A stretch of 63,991 nucleotides of DNA, the filler included, from Candidatus Hydrogenedentota bacterium (GTDB taxonomy: Bacteria; JBFMHD01): the NCBI GenBank assembly GCA_040752395.1. It is 14 parts of 14 records of this genome, joined end to end, with 100 filler letters (N's around TTAATTAATTAA, not from the genome) between each part and the next. Parts side by side here need not be neighbours in the genome. Positions count along the whole stretch, not along the records: positions 1 to 2,606 come from JBFMHD010000297.1; positions 2,707 to 5,304 come from JBFMHD010000298.1; positions 5,405 to 22,776 come from JBFMHD010000030.1; 11 more parts are not named here. One strand, 5' to 3'. The first letter of the stretch is position 1. Each line of letters starts with the position of its first letter. Under the pieces are notes generated by a model, which was not told where the DNA came from, did no database searches, and saw nothing but the letters and a program-made list of their open reading frames with translations. Of the stretch, positions 1 through 11,918 are shown piece by piece. A program made the translations under genes and the position numbers.

Positions 1-168
1 GCCGGCTGGAGCCAAAAGCCAAAAGCCTGCTGAAAAGTCTTGAGTCTTGAGTCTCGAGTCCTGTTTTGACTCACGACTTGCGACTCACGACTCTTTTCAT
101 ATCATCTTTAGTTTTTCATCCTTTGTGCCTTCTCCTCCTGGCTTCTGTCTTCTGTCTCCTGTCTCCTG
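1..168 (+). repeat. Composite repeat: GGCTAC/AGCC module, GAGTC/GACTC hairpin module, GTCTCCT module
   Basis: Near-identical to 2481-2606, 33089-33249 and 61900-62045; inverted copies at 30591-30700 and 38004-38100. Confidence 0.95.
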
Positions 169-2441
169 ATACTTATCTCATAATTGCTAAAATATCTTAT
201 TTTCTTATTTATTATTAGTTTAGCTTCGAAATTAGTTTTATCTATTGGCTCGAATTTTAGAACGATCTTATTTTTATCTAATTTTTTTTCGCTTAATTCT
301 CCAAAGGCATAAATAAGTCTTACAGCTTTTGTGATTTTTAGATTAAACGGGATAACAAAGAGACTGCGTTCTTTAAATTCTATATCGCCTTTTTGTGGGA
401 TCCTAATATTTTTATATTCAATATATCCTTTTATTTTCATATCGTGGAAATTTCCTGCAAAGATAAAACTACCATCAGGGCCTTTTCTTATTGTGGCAGA
501 AAGAAGTTCAGGATGAACATTGATTTTCTTTTGCATCCCAATCTTTTTTGCAATAAATTTGAAATAATCACGAATGATGTTAAACTTATCATTAAGAGGG
601 AACCCCAGAACTAATATTTTACCCTTCCCGAATCGACGAATAAAACCGCATACAGATTTATCCATAGTTGTTGCAAGTATCTCATCTTTTTTATTAGGTT
701 CAAAGACAAGAACCTTAAAAGTATCCACGAAAATATCACCGATTGGAGTATAAATAAGTCGGGATTCTACAGTAGAGCTTTGTAAACCCAGTGTCTTAAT
801 TAAGAAATCACATTTTCTATTATATAGATCAACAACAGGTAAAAGCGGAAGAATAGATAGGATACCGCCATTTTCAACAAAATATAGAAGCTTTTTTTGT
901 GTTTTTAAATCCATAAAAGTATCTGAATAGACCCATAACGGCAGATTGCTATCTGAAATATCGTGTTTTTCTATATCTACAAACTCAAAAGAATAATTAT
1001 TTATTTCAAGTAGCCGCGCGATCCCATCAAAGAAGTATTGCTGACGCTTAAAATCAATCTCTTTTATAACCTTGCCATCCATATATTCGGTTTTATAATA
1101 GGGCGTATAAAAACCAAGACAACAGCTTATCTCTTTTTGAGTAAGTGTTATCTCTTCACCAATCGCTTTAATTAATTTCCCGAAATTTTTTAAAACTTCA
1201 AAATGGGGACGTTTTTCCAGATTCGAACTGATAGGTGCTTGCCATTCATGGTAAGAACCGAATTGACCGATATCTTCAGTATTTGTTCCACCGGCGAACA
1301 TATAACAGTTTAATCCGTTTAACCCCTGGGATGTACTCTGCTTTAAGTTTAGTTCAACGTCTTTGGGATAAAGTTTCGGTCTATCATACATTATACCTGT
1401 TTGCAGTTCTGCACATAGCACAGGGTTTTTACCGCATATCATTTTAATCACAGAGGAAGCCATAGAAATATCATGATAATTTTCATAATCGAGACGTCTC
1501 ATCTGATAAGCACCGCCAAAAACTACATCCTTAACTTTTTTCACAAACCGATCAAACATAGTTGTTGTGAGAGTTGCATAAATTCCTCTGCCGCGAACAT
1601 CGAAATCATAAAACTGCGGTATGTTTGATATAACAGGTACAGTGATGCCGCGTTTTGTAACAAAACTTTTTAACGTTTTAAAATATTCAGCATAATATTC
1701 TCTGTAAAACTCAGCCCTGTCCCAATGCTCTGGTAATATATTATCGCTGATTTTTACTGAAGGCTGCCTGATCTCTTTAAAATTTGTATAATTTGTTTTA
1801 TATAATTTATTAAGGTTCTCTATTGTCTTATATTTATTTTGCAGAAAATTCTGATACAAAGAAGTAACAAACGGGCTGAAATCAGGTGCTTTCGCAAGCC
1901 AGTTAACCATAGCAATTTCATTGCAAAGCTGGACTAAAATTATATTTCCATTGTATTGAATCTGATAAGGTGCTATCTCGGTTAATAATTTATCATACCA
2001 TTTTTCAGTGAGTTCTAAAAATTTTGGGTTTTTATAGGAAGGCGTTCCCTGGTGATGTATCGCTTCACCAGATTCCATAATAAGACAGGTCTCTTTATAT
2101 TTTTCAAGCAGCCATGCTGGTAAACCCTCGTTTTTCATCTCACCATTCGATACAGGGCCGATACGCGGAATGAAATACATTTCCTCGTCAAATAGAAGAT
2201 TTAACCATTTTTTAAGATTTCGTCTGGGATGAGTTTTTCCTGCAAAATCAAAGATGCCTTCATTAAGCTCGTGAAAGCGCCAGGGGATATATGAAGCAAT
2301 GGTATTAAGTCCTGCCTCTTTTGCTAAACGTATAACTTTTAGCCAGTTCTGTGGTTCTATTCTGAAATAATGAACTTCGCCTGAATATATAAACAAAGGT
2401 TTGCCGTTTATATAAAACGCCCTGTTTTTTAATTCAATCAT
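108..2441 (-). CDS. GH35-family glycoside hydrolase (beta-galactosidase / exo-beta-D-glucosaminidase-like)
   Basis: SGEVHYFRI, GLNTIASYIPW, LVQLCNEI and CAELQTG motifs; last ~19 aa are read from an intergenic repeat. Confidence 0.85.
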   Translation of the reverse strand: MIELKNRAFYINGKPLFIYSGEVHYFRIEPQNWLKVIRLAKEAGLNTIASYIPWRFHELNEGIFDFAGKTHPRRNLKKWLNLLFDEEMYFIPRIGPVSNGEMKNEGLPAWLLEKYKETCLIMESGEAIHHQGTPSYKNPKFLELTEKWYDKLLTEIAPYQIQYNGNIILVQLCNEIAMVNWLAKAPDFSPFVTSLYQNFLQNKYKTIENLNKLYKTNYTNFKEIRQPSVKISDNILPEHWDRAEFYREYYAEYFKTLKSFVTKRGITVPVISNIPQFYDFDVRGRGIYATLTTTMFDRFVKKVKDVVFGGAYQMRRLDYENYHDISMASSVIKMICGKNPVLCAELQTGIMYDRPKLYPKDVELNLKQSTSQGLNGLNCYMFAGGTNTEDIGQFGSYHEWQAPISSNLEKRPHFEVLKNFGKLIKAIGEEITLTQKEISCCLGFYTPYYKTEYMDGKVIKEIDFKRQQYFFDGIARLLEINNYSFEFVDIEKHDISDSNLPLWVYSDTFMDLKTQKKLLYFVENGGILSILPLLPVVDLYNRKCDFLIKTLGLQSSTVESRLIYTPIGDIFVDTFKVLVFEPNKKDEILATTMDKSVCGFIRRFGKGKILVLGFPLNDKFNIIRDYFKFIAKKIGMQKKINVHPELLSATIRKGPDGSFIFAGNFHDMKIKGYIEYKNIRIPQKGDIEFKERSLFVIPFNLKITKAVRLIYAFGELSEKKLDKNKIVLKFEPIDKTNFEAKLIINKKIRYFSNYEISIRRQETEDRSQEEKAQRMKN

Positions 2442-2443
2442 AT

Positions 2444-2606
2444 CTTCTCTGAAAAACGCTGTAACTCTAATAATTCGGGGTACAGGCTATGGACTACAGC
2501 CAGCTGGAGCCAGATGCACGGAGCCTGCTGAAAAGTCTTGAGTCTTGAGTCTCGAGTCCTGTTTTGACTCACGACTCTTTTCATATCATCTTTAGTTTTT
2601 CATCCT
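2444..2606 (-). repeat. Composite repeat ending in the SD-bearing terminal module, upstream of GH35
   Basis: Minus strand reads ...ATTATTAGAGTTACAGCGTTTTTCAGAGAAGAT-ATG; near-identical to 61861-62035. Confidence 0.95.
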
Positions 2607-2759
2607 NNNNNNNNNNNNNNNNNNNNNNNNNNNNNNNNNNNNNNNNNNNNTTAATTAATTAANNNNNNNNNNNNNNNNNNNNNNNNNNNNNNNNNNNNNN
2701 NNNNNNCCTCTTTCGTTATCTTTCTTTCCGTTATCTTGCCTCTTGCCTCTTGCCTCTAA

Positions 2760-4127
2760 TTATGGCGTAAATATATCCTGCGGAAGATGGATACCATTTT
2801 CAGCGAACCGCTCATAAAACGTAGGTACAATGCCTGTGGGTCTTAAATCACCAAGTATCTTTCCGTTCTCATCTTTGCCTGTCTGTTTAAACTCAAAAAT
2901 ATCAGAGAGAACCACAGTATCACCCTCCATCCCCTGAACCTCCGTTATCTTTTCAACCTTCCGTGAACCATCCTTGAATCTTGATTGCTGAATAATTAAA
3001 TCAATAGCCGAAGCTATCTGTTCTCGTATAGCTCTTACAGGGAGCTCCATACCAGCCATCAGGCACATAGTTTCAAGACGTCTTATCATATCCCGTGGTG
3101 TATTAGCGTGGCCCGTTGTCAATGAGCCATCGTGTCCCGTGTTCATAGCCTGTAACATATCCAGTGCCTCCCCACCCCTGCACTCACCAACAACCACTCT
3201 ATCCGGTCTCATACGTAAAGTGTTTTTAATAAGTTCACGCATTGAGACTGCGCCTTTGCCCTCAATATTCGGTGGTCTTGTTTCAAGTCTAACCCAGTGA
3301 GGCTGTCTTAATTGCAGTTCAGCAGCATCCTCAACTGTGATAATTCGTTCGTCCGCAGGAATAAAAGATGATAATACATTAAGTAGAGTGGTTTTGCCAG
3401 AACCTGTACCGCCAGAAACAACAATATTTAACCTGATTTTTACACAGGCATCAAGGAAATCAGCCATCTTTTTCGTCATCGCACCAAACCTGACAAGGTC
3501 ATCAATAGTTAATGGGTCTTTTTTGAATTTACGAATCGTTATGGTTGGTCCGTTTAAGGCGAGCGGCGGTATTATAGCATTGACACGCGAGCCGTCTTTT
3601 AATCTTGCATCAACATAGGGCATACTCTCATCACATCTTCTCCCAAGCGGTGAGATGATTTTTTCAATAATATGAAGAATATGTTCATTATCTTTAAATT
3701 TTACATTGGTTAAAATGAGTTTTCCTTTCTGTTCAATATAAACCATCTGAGGCCCGTTTACCATAACCTCGGAAATAGTATCATCTTTAATCAAAGGTTC
3801 GATAGGTCCAAGGCCTAATATCTCATCAATTATCTCGCCAAGCAGTTTCATATGTTCCTGTCTTGTTAACGAGATACCTTTTTCACTGCCGACTGTTATA
3901 ATGAATTCCTCAACCTGACCTGAGAGCAAACTTCTTTTTAAGTTTTCGTCTTCGTGATTAAGTAGCTCAGGATCAAGTTCAGCAACAATTTTTTCATGCA
4001 CCGCTGATTTCAATTCGACATATTTATCACCCTCTTTTTGAGCTACCTGTGCTACAATGGGCGTTTTAGCGCCAAACGCTGTTTTTGTTGCCTGCTGGGC
4101 TTGCCCCAGTCTTGACATTAAACCCAC
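2760..4127 (-). CDS. cpaF: CpaF/TadA pilus assembly ATPase
   Basis: GGTGSGKTT Walker A, EDAAELQL, LRMRPDRVVVGECRG, MNTGHDGS. Confidence 0.95.
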   Translation of the reverse strand: MGLMSRLGQAQQATKTAFGAKTPIVAQVAQKEGDKYVELKSAVHEKIVAELDPELLNHEDENLKRSLLSGQVEEFIITVGSEKGISLTRQEHMKLLGEIIDEILGLGPIEPLIKDDTISEVMVNGPQMVYIEQKGKLILTNVKFKDNEHILHIIEKIISPLGRRCDESMPYVDARLKDGSRVNAIIPPLALNGPTITIRKFKKDPLTIDDLVRFGAMTKKMADFLDACVKIRLNIVVSGGTGSGKTTLLNVLSSFIPADERIITVEDAAELQLRQPHWVRLETRPPNIEGKGAVSMRELIKNTLRMRPDRVVVGECRGGEALDMLQAMNTGHDGSLTTGHANTPRDMIRRLETMCLMAGMELPVRAIREQIASAIDLIIQQSRFKDGSRKVEKITEVQGMEGDTVVLSDIFEFKQTGKDENGKILGDLRPTGIVPTFYERFAENGIHLPQDIFTP

Positions 4128-4137
4128 ACCTAATTAC

Positions 4138-4173
4138 CTCCTCTGAAAAATGCTGTAACTCTAATAATATCAA
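4138..4173 (-). repeat. Stand-alone SD-bearing terminal module
   Basis: TTGATATTATTAGAGTTACAGCATTTTTCAGAGGAG, 10 nt before the cpaF GTG. Confidence 0.9.
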
Positions 4174-4180
4174 AATTCTG

Positions 4181-5304
4181 TTATTTCTTCTTTTCTTCTT
4201 TTTTCCCCTTTTTATCCTTTTTATCTTTATCAGCGGCCTTTTCTTCTGTAACTTGAAATCCTGTAATTATCTGAGCCAACTCAGTAAATTTTTTGCTTAT
4301 AAGGCTATCAGGTTTTGACATCATAAAAGGTTCACCATTTTCAACAGATGGTATAACAGTTAGCCCTTCACTCTCTATCTTTGCGGCTATCTGACATTCC
4401 AGCATCTCTTCGATATCTTTTATGCTGTATTGTGCTTTGGGATTAAAGCGGTTCATAATAATAACTAATTTTTCTTTGGGTATATTAAGCTTCTGGAGTA
4501 ACTCAAGCATAAGCTTACCGTTCTTTATTGTTGGTAACTCCATTGTAAGTAAAATAATAATCTTATCACTTGGTATCAATGCGTTCAACATAGTCTCAGA
4601 TAAATAATTTGGTGTATCAATAACAATATAATGAAAATATTCGCTTGATTTTTTCAGGATAGCTTCAATATGTTCCGGGTGTACAAGTTCAGATTCCTCG
4701 GGTCTAATCGGTGCGGATAATACATTAACACCTGATTCATGCTCTATATAATAAGACATAAAAGTCTCCATATCTATCTCAGTACTGCCTGCTTGTGTTA
4801 TCTCTTTGATTAAATCTACCAATGTGCGTTTGGGTTTAATGTTCATCATAATAGCAACGTCACCGAATTGAAGATTTAAATCGATTACAGCAACTTTTAA
4901 ACCGGTTACCTTTTTTATAGCTATGGCAAGATTCACACTGAAAAGAGTTCTTCCGACACCGCCCTTGGTAGAGAAGATAGTATATGTTTTACTTTCAAGA
5001 ACCCGTGCTTCCTGTTCACCCTGAATCTTATCTAAATATGTCCGTTTTTTCAATGCGAAATTAAATGCTTTGTTAACAACAGCCACCACCTCTTCAGCTA
5101 CAAAAGGATGATTTAATATAAATTTAGCACCGAGCTCAATAATTTTAACAGTATATGTTGGGTCACTTTTAATCTGAGCGGAATAAGCTATAATAGAGGC
5201 ATTGTGCGTTTTTATATCAAGTTCTTCGATAAGTTCTCCCTTATTGAGTATCTCCTCGCTATCTGCGTTTAGAAGTATAACCTCGGTATTCTCTTCTTCA
5301 AACT
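4181..5304 (-). CDS. cpaE: CpaE/TadZ (receiver-like plus MinD-like ATPase), 5'-truncated by contig edge
   Basis: STKGGVGRT, IDLNLQFGD, VIDTP; frame stays open to the gap with a receiver-like segment; adjacent to cpaF. Confidence 0.85.
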
Positions 5305-5546
5305 NNNNNNNNNNNNNNNNNNNNNNNNNNNNNNNNNNNNNNNNNNNNTTAATTAATTAANNNNNNNNNNNNNNNNNNNNNNNNNNNNNNNNNNNNNNNN
5401 NNNNAGCTTACTCATGCTTTTCATAGGGTATGTTCCTCCTTTTTAAGAGTTTTTATACTTAATTAAGGAAGAATATGCCCTTTTTTATTTCTTTTCAATA
5501 TTCAATTTGCACTAAACTTTATACATTATCCGTGAGAATTTTTACC

Positions 5547-5575
5547 TTGACTTTTATATGAAATGGGTGTAAAAT
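5547..5575 (+). promoter_or_regulatory. sigma70-type promoter
   Basis: TTGACT-N17-TAAAAT, followed by GGAGGAG SD before ATG 5603. Confidence 0.6.
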
Positions 5576-5602
5576 ATATATTTAAAAGGGAGGAGAAGAT
5601 TT

Positions 5603-6367
5603 ATGAGAAAAATTTATATATTATTTTTAGTGAGTGCAGTAATACTTTTTAATGTATTTGTATTTACTTCTATAGTAGGTAAACCAGGGAATGATTTTAC
5701 TGTTTTAGAAATTAAAGGCGATGTAGAGATAAAACTTCCAAAAGGCAAGTGGCAGGTACCTACTCAGAATATGATATTACCTGAAGGAACAGAGATTTCA
5801 ACAGGTTATAATTCTTCAATAAAATTGAAATCGCAAAACAGTCATATGGAAGTTAAACCCCTGACTCAGATTAAGATTGATAAGAATTCGATTGAGAATG
5901 GGGTTTATAATACACACATAAAATTAGATTTTGGTAAAGTAAGCGCGAAGATAGATAAACTTGAAGGAACAAAGAATGAGTTCAACGTACAAACACCAAC
6001 AGCAGTCGCAGGCGTTAGAGGGACAGAAGAAGAGATTGGTTATACTGATGATTTAGGAACAGAGATAGAGCTTATTGAGGGTAGTGCTGATCTTATGCCG
6101 GTTGATGAGTCAACAGGTGAGGTGATGGAAGAGCAGGTAACAACTGTCGCAGAAGAACAAGAAGCTGAGGTTACAGATGAAGGTGAAGTAATAGAAGCTA
6201 TTGAAATAATAGAAGAAGAAGCAGAGGTTGATATAGTCCCAGAGGGCGTTACTGAAGAAGAAGAAGAGGCGATAGAGGAGATAGCTACAGCTGGTATGAC
6301 TGAGTTTGATGAAGATGAAGCAGCTGAATTGATGGATGAGATAATAGAAGAAGATTATGCTTATTAA
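5603..6367 (+). CDS. FecR-domain protein with Glu-rich C-terminus
   Basis: N-terminal signal/TM; VQTPTAVAGVRGT FecR motif. Confidence 0.8.
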   Translation: MRKIYILFLVSAVILFNVFVFTSIVGKPGNDFTVLEIKGDVEIKLPKGKWQVPTQNMILPEGTEISTGYNSSIKLKSQNSHMEVKPLTQIKIDKNSIENGVYNTHIKLDFGKVSAKIDKLEGTKNEFNVQTPTAVAGVRGTEEEIGYTDDLGTEIELIEGSADLMPVDESTGEVMEEQVTTVAEEQEAEVTDEGEVIEAIEIIEEEAEVDIVPEGVTEEEEEAIEEIATAGMTEFDEDEAAELMDEIIEEDYAY

Positions 6368-7548
6368 GAGATGATGTGTGGGGCTTTGTATTTTTCATCA
6401 AGAAACCATTGTAATCCAGTAAGTATAAACCAATAGCAATAATAATTTACCAGACTGCGGTAAGAAAAATAAAGACATATAGCTGGAAAAAACCAGAATA
6501 TGTATCTACTTTTTTCTTTTATTTTGATTTGTATTATTACGAGTGTAAAAAATACTACGATAAATAAAAAAGTATAAACATTTTTGTCCCAGTTTACTAC
6601 ACTGCTTTGAGATAGAATATTCAGGCCGCAACCATACATAATCTGACCACCTAAAAATGGTGCTGTTATCGCATCAAACCAGCTTGAAAAGTTATGGATC
6701 ATAAATGGGAGATTGAGAGATAAAAAGGTGAGCATAACGATGGCTATAAATTGTAAAGGTCTCTTTATCCCGAAATTTTTATAATATTCTATACAAAAGA
6801 AAGGTAATAAAATCCAGGGGGTCTGTTTAAAAGAGCAAGCCATACCCAAAAGAACACCTGCAAGAATTGTTTTATTAAAATAAGGGACAAGGAATAAAAG
6901 AAGAATAAGCCAGACTATGTCTGTATTACCGCCTGCTGTTAAATTTGTCATACCTTCTAACATACACAAACCTGTAATAAATAATATGGAATAGTCTCTT
7001 TTTATGTATAGAAAAAGGAGTAATATTGCAATAATATGTAAAAAATACATCACAACGCGTATATCTTTTATCCCCATTTTAACAAAAGGAGCAATTAGCA
7101 TAAAGTTTAAGGCAGGATAAGTTATTTTATCTTCAGTTGTACCGTCGTATCTTAGAGTAATATGTTTTGGGGGAATGTTAAATCTATTATAAGTGGGTTT
7201 CATAGAATAAAGATAAGGGTTTTTTCCGTCGAGGAAGAGTTCTGCTGAATAATGCGTGAATGCTATTGAATCAGACATATAGCCTTGCCACGCTATATTG
7301 CGTGCAACACAAAACCGAAAGATAATAGCAAAAATAATTGCGATAAGAAAAGATAAATTAATTTTTGTAATATTTGATTCTTTATAAAATAATGGTGGAA
7401 TGAAGATACTAAAGAAGCTGAAAATATACAGGAGTATAATAATGGGTAAAGCCCAGTGATTAATTATGGGATTACTTATGTTATAGAGACGCCATGCTTC
7501 TTTAAGAAAGAAAATTGAGCATAATATAGCTTCAAGATAAATTAACAA
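6364..7548 (-). CDS. Polytopic membrane protein, GT87/DUF2029-like GT-C glycosyltransferase
   Basis: Many TMs; GKNPY, TYPAL, GNTDIVW and ACSFKQTPW motifs. Confidence 0.6.
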   Translation of the reverse strand: MLIYLEAILCSIFFLKEAWRLYNISNPIINHWALPIIILLYIFSFFSIFIPPLFYKESNITKINLSFLIAIIFAIIFRFCVARNIAWQGYMSDSIAFTHYSAELFLDGKNPYLYSMKPTYNRFNIPPKHITLRYDGTTEDKITYPALNFMLIAPFVKMGIKDIRVVMYFLHIIAILLLFLYIKRDYSILFITGLCMLEGMTNLTAGGNTDIVWLILLLFLVPYFNKTILAGVLLGMACSFKQTPWILLPFFCIEYYKNFGIKRPLQFIAIVMLTFLSLNLPFMIHNFSSWFDAITAPFLGGQIMYGCGLNILSQSSVVNWDKNVYTFLFIVVFFTLVIIQIKIKEKSRYIFWFFPAICLYFSYRSLVNYYCYWFILTGLQWFLDEKYKAPHIIS

Positions 7549-7589
7549 ATTCTATCTCTCCTTAAAAGCCAGGTAACACATCATTCTTT

Positions 7590-7715
7590 GGTTTTAGTTT
7601 CTTTATCTTGCTTCTTGCCTCTTGCCTCTTTCGTTTTATCTTTCTTTTTCTTTCCTCAACCTCAACCTCAACCTTAACCTTTTCTTTCTTTCCGTTATCT
7701 TGCCGCTCGCTTCTT
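7590..7715. repeat. CTTGC(T/C)T heptad module plus CTCAAC hexamer tandem
   Basis: cttgcttcttgcctcttgcct, ctcaacctcaacctcaaccttaacct, ttccgttatcttgc; shared with 2707-2756 and 25479-25526. Confidence 0.85.
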
Positions 7716-7729
7716 AATGCTATCGATGT

Positions 7730-8140
7730 TCAGGGAACCTTCTTTATCTCTAAAACCGAGTGTTTGATTACTTTATAATTATATAGTTTAATCTTTCCAG
7801 ATAATCTGTTTTTCACAGTGATGGTCAATATATTATTTTTTTTGATGCTGACTTTTTGGGGGATGCCATCAGGATAATGTATAGTTTCTACGTATCTGCT
7901 TCCATCAACCATATAATCAGGTATTAAGAATTCTATTTTGACTAACCCATCAGATTTATTACCCTTAATAACAGTAAAACACCTGATACTTTCATTACTT
8001 TTCCCATCACCATTAAGGTCGAGATTAGTGAGCGTTATTATCTCATTGATTTTTGGAGCAGCCTCTTTTTGTTTCCCACAGCTTAAAACAATGCTCACAA
8101 ATACTAAAATAATTATTATACCAGGGAATAATCCTCTCAT
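7730..8140 (-). CDS. Putative lipoprotein
   Basis: Hydrophobic stretch then VLS-C lipobox; DLNGDG motif. Confidence 0.65.
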   Translation of the reverse strand: MRGLFPGIIIILVFVSIVLSCGKQKEAAPKINEIITLTNLDLNGDGKSNESIRCFTVIKGNKSDGLVKIEFLIPDYMVDGSRYVETIHYPDGIPQKVSIKKNNILTITVKNRLSGKIKLYNYKVIKHSVLEIKKVP

Positions 8141-8185
8141 TTGTTCTTTATCAAACCATAAGATAATAAAAAAGTCAATATTATA

Positions 8186-8275
8186 GTAATCCATCAGTTA
8201 CCGCTGGCTTTCAGGCTCCAGGCTACGGGCTACAGCCGGAATACTGCACTAACCCACCTCTAACTGACCGATTGC
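8186..8275. repeat. Element bounded by terminal inverted repeats, containing a GGCT heptad module
   Basis: GTAATCCATCAGTTA ... TAACTGACCGATTGC (12/15 inverted match). Confidence 0.8.
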
Positions 8276-8283
8276 ATATCATA

Positions 8284-10257
8284 TTAAAAGATGTTAATAG
8301 TTTTTTCTAAATATACATCAAAATTAATAAATTCTATCTTTAGTTTGATTATATATTTTCCTGTTTCAAAAATTGCCGGCATAGTTGTATCAAAAGAGAA
8401 AGTCTTGTTGAAAATTATAATAAATAAATCTTTTTTAACTATATTACCTGTGTTATGGATTTTCTGGCCTTTGAGTATCGTATAAGCTATCTTGATATAA
8501 GAATTATCTTTACCAGCAAGAGTACACCATGTGGCATCATCTGTTGTAAAGATAAGTTTTAATTGGATAGGATGATTTACCGGATGGGTATTAAATAACT
8601 CGAGCTGAATAAGTGGTTTCATATTTTCATAAGACAGTAGAGTATATAAGATATGGTTAGTATCTTCAAAAATAGAGGTGAAAGGAGATCCTAATCTGGT
8701 TTTGGTTTTATCTTTATGAAGCAGAACATATTGTATCCCATAGGTTGAGAGAAAAGAGGCTTTAGCTTTATCGCAGAGAGAATCAAATTTACCTGATAAG
8801 ACCCACTGATTAAGCTGTGGGATAAATGAAGACCAGCCATTCATTATAGGATGTTTATGAACAAGCTGTGCAAGATAGTAATAAGCTATATTAAACCGCT
8901 CTTCTGTATTTGTTCTCTTAGCTGGCAGTTCTATAATAGGAGCATTATCTTTAAGTTGCGCAAGATATTTATAGCCAGGAGACGGGTCAGTTAAAACAGG
9001 TTCCTCGACAATTACATTATTTATGTTAAAATTCTCAAGAAATATAAACGATATAAAAATAAATAAAATAATGAAAGATTTTTTGATTGATAATTTAAAA
9101 AATTCTTGAAGATTAAGAAAACCAAAGCCAGACAAAATTGCCATACCTATATGTATTCCAACGGCAAATACAAATATCGCTCTTGCAAAAAACACAGAGG
9201 AGAATATGTGCTTACAAAGTTTAACTATATGAATAAACCCACTTGAAGGATATTTTAGCCCTATACATATATAAAAGCAAATAGCAGTAATGATTAAAGC
9301 ATATATTGGCCAGGACCTCTTTTTTAAAAGGCCTGATAATGAAAGAACTATCACGCAAAAACCAGGAAACATAGGCCACTCTGTTTTGAAAGGGAGTATA
9401 GCTAGATAATGATATAATAAAGCATTTGGTCTTACTGAGGCAAAGTTAGTCAGGGTTAAACTGTGTCTTGTAAGATTAGCAATAGTTCGTTCAAAACCTT
9501 TGTTGGCAAGGGTGTTATGGATGGAATATACAAAAGGCAGAAGCACAATCAAGATAATGACAATAGATAGAAATATAAAAAGGATAAGTTTAGGCTTTAA
9601 TTCTTTATAATCCAGAATACATAGAAAGATCGTTTCTATACATATTATTAAAGTACCTACAACACCATAATACCAGGAGGTAAGAGTATTTGCTACAAAT
9701 GAGATTGAGAATAATAATACATATCTAAATTTTTTCGATTTAAATAACAGGTAAAATGACCATATCATTAAGATAAACCATACGCAACTTACCTCATATG
9801 GGTGGATATAAAAATATTGACGTAGCGGAGAGAAACCCGCTACAAGAGCGGCGATAAATGCAGGTCTGTTCATACCTGTTAGATACCTGATAAAAAGATG
9901 CATAACATACATATAGATAAAGAAATGAAAGATAAATAGAACGTTATAAGCAGCTAAAGGGCATGGGATGATTAATCTGAAGATGATGTATACCAATATA
10001 TTTGTGAAACCGTGGTCGCCATAGAAAAGGGTATTTTTATTAGGGTAAAGGATAGGTGCATCAAAATAGTCTGTATTAAGATTAATTAAAGATTGATAAC
10101 TATATTCATAGAGCCAGATAAAATAACGTGCATCTATTCTATCATAATAATGAGCTTTTGTTATAACAGGGAGTAAGCTCGAAAATTGTAACAAGGTTAT
10201 TACGAGATAAAATAATATAATAACTATTTCTTTTTTTATTTTTGAGTTTCGGCTCAT
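8284..10257 (-). CDS. GT-C-like (YfhO-like) polytopic membrane protein
   Basis: Multiple TMs; [25 protein letters not shown]. Confidence 0.6.
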   Translation of the reverse strand: MSRNSKIKKEIVIILFYLVITLLQFSSLLPVITKAHYYDRIDARYFIWLYEYSYQSLINLNTDYFDAPILYPNKNTLFYGDHGFTNILVYIIFRLIIPCPLAAYNVLFIFHFFIYMYVMHLFIRYLTGMNRPAFIAALVAGFSPLRQYFYIHPYEVSCVWFILMIWSFYLLFKSKKFRYVLLFSISFVANTLTSWYYGVVGTLIICIETIFLCILDYKELKPKLILFIFLSIVIILIVLLPFVYSIHNTLANKGFERTIANLTRHSLTLTNFASVRPNALLYHYLAILPFKTEWPMFPGFCVIVLSLSGLLKKRSWPIYALIITAICFYICIGLKYPSSGFIHIVKLCKHIFSSVFFARAIFVFAVGIHIGMAILSGFGFLNLQEFFKLSIKKSFIILFIFISFIFLENFNINNVIVEEPVLTDPSPGYKYLAQLKDNAPIIELPAKRTNTEERFNIAYYYLAQLVHKHPIMNGWSSFIPQLNQWVLSGKFDSLCDKAKASFLSTYGIQYVLLHKDKTKTRLGSPFTSIFEDTNHILYTLLSYENMKPLIQLELFNTHPVNHPIQLKLIFTTDDATWCTLAGKDNSYIKIAYTILKGQKIHNTGNIVKKDLFIIIFNKTFSFDTTMPAIFETGKYIIKLKIEFINFDVYLEKTINIF

Positions 10258-11819
10258 ATAATAATCTTCCAGATATTGTCTTTAGTTTTTATATTATTAA
10301 TAATATTATCAACAGCTGTTATAGCAGTGAGCATAGCATGGTCATGGCTATCATAGTGATGCATACCATTTCTACCGATTAAGAAAAGGTTTTCAAATGT
10401 ATTAAAATAATCTTTTATTATATGAAATCTGTTGTAAGAGCCGCAGTAGATGGGGTATGCTTTATATATTCGTAAGACTGTGCTATCAATGTAATCTTCT
10501 TTATCAATCATACCGATGCTAAATAATTCATCAATAGCTAAATTAATTATATCGTTATCTGGCTTATTCCATAATTCGTCTCCTTCGTTACAGAAATATT
10601 CAAGACCTAACCATACCGTATCCGGATCATTAATCATATAAGGGCTCCAGTTATTATAAATTTGTATTCGTGCGAGTTTGATATTTTTTTGCTGCACATA
10701 TATCCAGCTATCGGGTATGATATTATTTATAGTTTTTATTTTAGTTTTGTTTTTTATTTTTAGTTTTTTTACAAGAAGACCAACAGTAATAAAATCACGA
10801 TACCGCAAATTGTTTGCTATATTATGGACTTCTATCGGAACCTCATTTTCCATACATTTTACTAATTCCTTGACAGGCATTGATGAGAAAAAATAATCAC
10901 CACTCTCTGATTGCGTTTCTCCTGTTATGGTATCTTTAAATTCTATAGCGATTATATTATTATTTTTACAATTTATTTTGACGGCTTTTTTATTTCTATA
11001 GATTATACCCCCTTTTTCTTCAACAATTTTTGCAACCTCTTCCCATAATTGACCGGGCCCTAACTTTGGATAATAGAAATATTTAATAAGAGTTGTTTCA
11101 GTATGAGAGGGATGTTCAAAATCCGCACCTACAGTTGCCAGGAATGACTTTCGGCACTGGCTCATTAGAGTATCAAGGATGGCCTTCAAAAGTGACAGAG
11201 ATTTTACTCTGTGAACACCCCATTGAGAAAATATCTCACTTGCAGATAGCCCCCATACTTTTTCAGTATAGTCTTTAAAAAAAATAGTATATAATTCTTT
11301 ACCAAATCTATTTATAAAAAAATCTTCTATGGTTTTTTCTTCTTTTATCGGGAATAGCCTGATACAAATATAGCTTAATAGTATTTTCAAAATCCTTAAG
11401 ATACCAAGATTAAATATAGTATTAAGAGAGAGAGGATAATCAAAAAATTTATTCATAAAAAATATTCTTGAAATACGGTTTCGGATAAGCATAACCTTGT
11501 CGGTTTTTTCAGGGTCACGACCTTCAGGTTTTATAGAAAGCGGGAGCTTACGACCAAGAACAATGTCATCTCTGGCAGGTTTGGACTGTAAAGGTAATAT
11601 GTTAAACCACCATTGAAGTATTGTGTTTGATTTAGTATAGAATCTATGTCCGCCAATATCTAATCTGTTACCTTTATAATTTATGGTTTTACAGAGACCA
11701 CCAACATTAGAACCCATCTCGTAAATCACAGGAAGGAAGTCTGTTTTATGGATAAGTTCATACGCTGCGGTTAAACCCGCAGCCCCGGCACCAATAATAA
11801 TTGCTTTCTTTTTTCTCAT
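10254..11819 (-). CDS. FAD-dependent oxidoreductase (protoporphyrinogen oxidase / UDP-galactopyranose mutase-like)
   Basis: [26 protein letters not shown]. Confidence 0.85.
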   Translation of the reverse strand: MRKKKAIIIGAGAAGLTAAYELIHKTDFLPVIYEMGSNVGGLCKTINYKGNRLDIGGHRFYTKSNTILQWWFNILPLQSKPARDDIVLGRKLPLSIKPEGRDPEKTDKVMLIRNRISRIFFMNKFFDYPLSLNTIFNLGILRILKILLSYICIRLFPIKEEKTIEDFFINRFGKELYTIFFKDYTEKVWGLSASEIFSQWGVHRVKSLSLLKAILDTLMSQCRKSFLATVGADFEHPSHTETTLIKYFYYPKLGPGQLWEEVAKIVEEKGGIIYRNKKAVKINCKNNNIIAIEFKDTITGETQSESGDYFFSSMPVKELVKCMENEVPIEVHNIANNLRYRDFITVGLLVKKLKIKNKTKIKTINNIIPDSWIYVQQKNIKLARIQIYNNWSPYMINDPDTVWLGLEYFCNEGDELWNKPDNDIINLAIDELFSIGMIDKEDYIDSTVLRIYKAYPIYCGSYNRFHIIKDYFNTFENLFLIGRNGMHHYDSHDHAMLTAITAVDNIINNIKTKDNIWKIII

Positions 11820-11828
11820 AATTACTTA

Positions 11829-11916
11829 GTACCCACTCAGTCTTCGGTTTTGGTTTCCTTAATCTTGCTTCTTGCTTCTTAAGTAAATTCTACTGCACCA
11901 ATAACTGACGGATTAC
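11829..11916. repeat. Element bounded by terminal inverted repeats, filling the intergenic gap
   Basis: GTACCCACTCAGT ... ACTGACGGATTAC with CTTGCTT heptads; right part matches 31816-31872 inverted. Confidence 0.85.
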
Positions 11917-11918
11917 AG

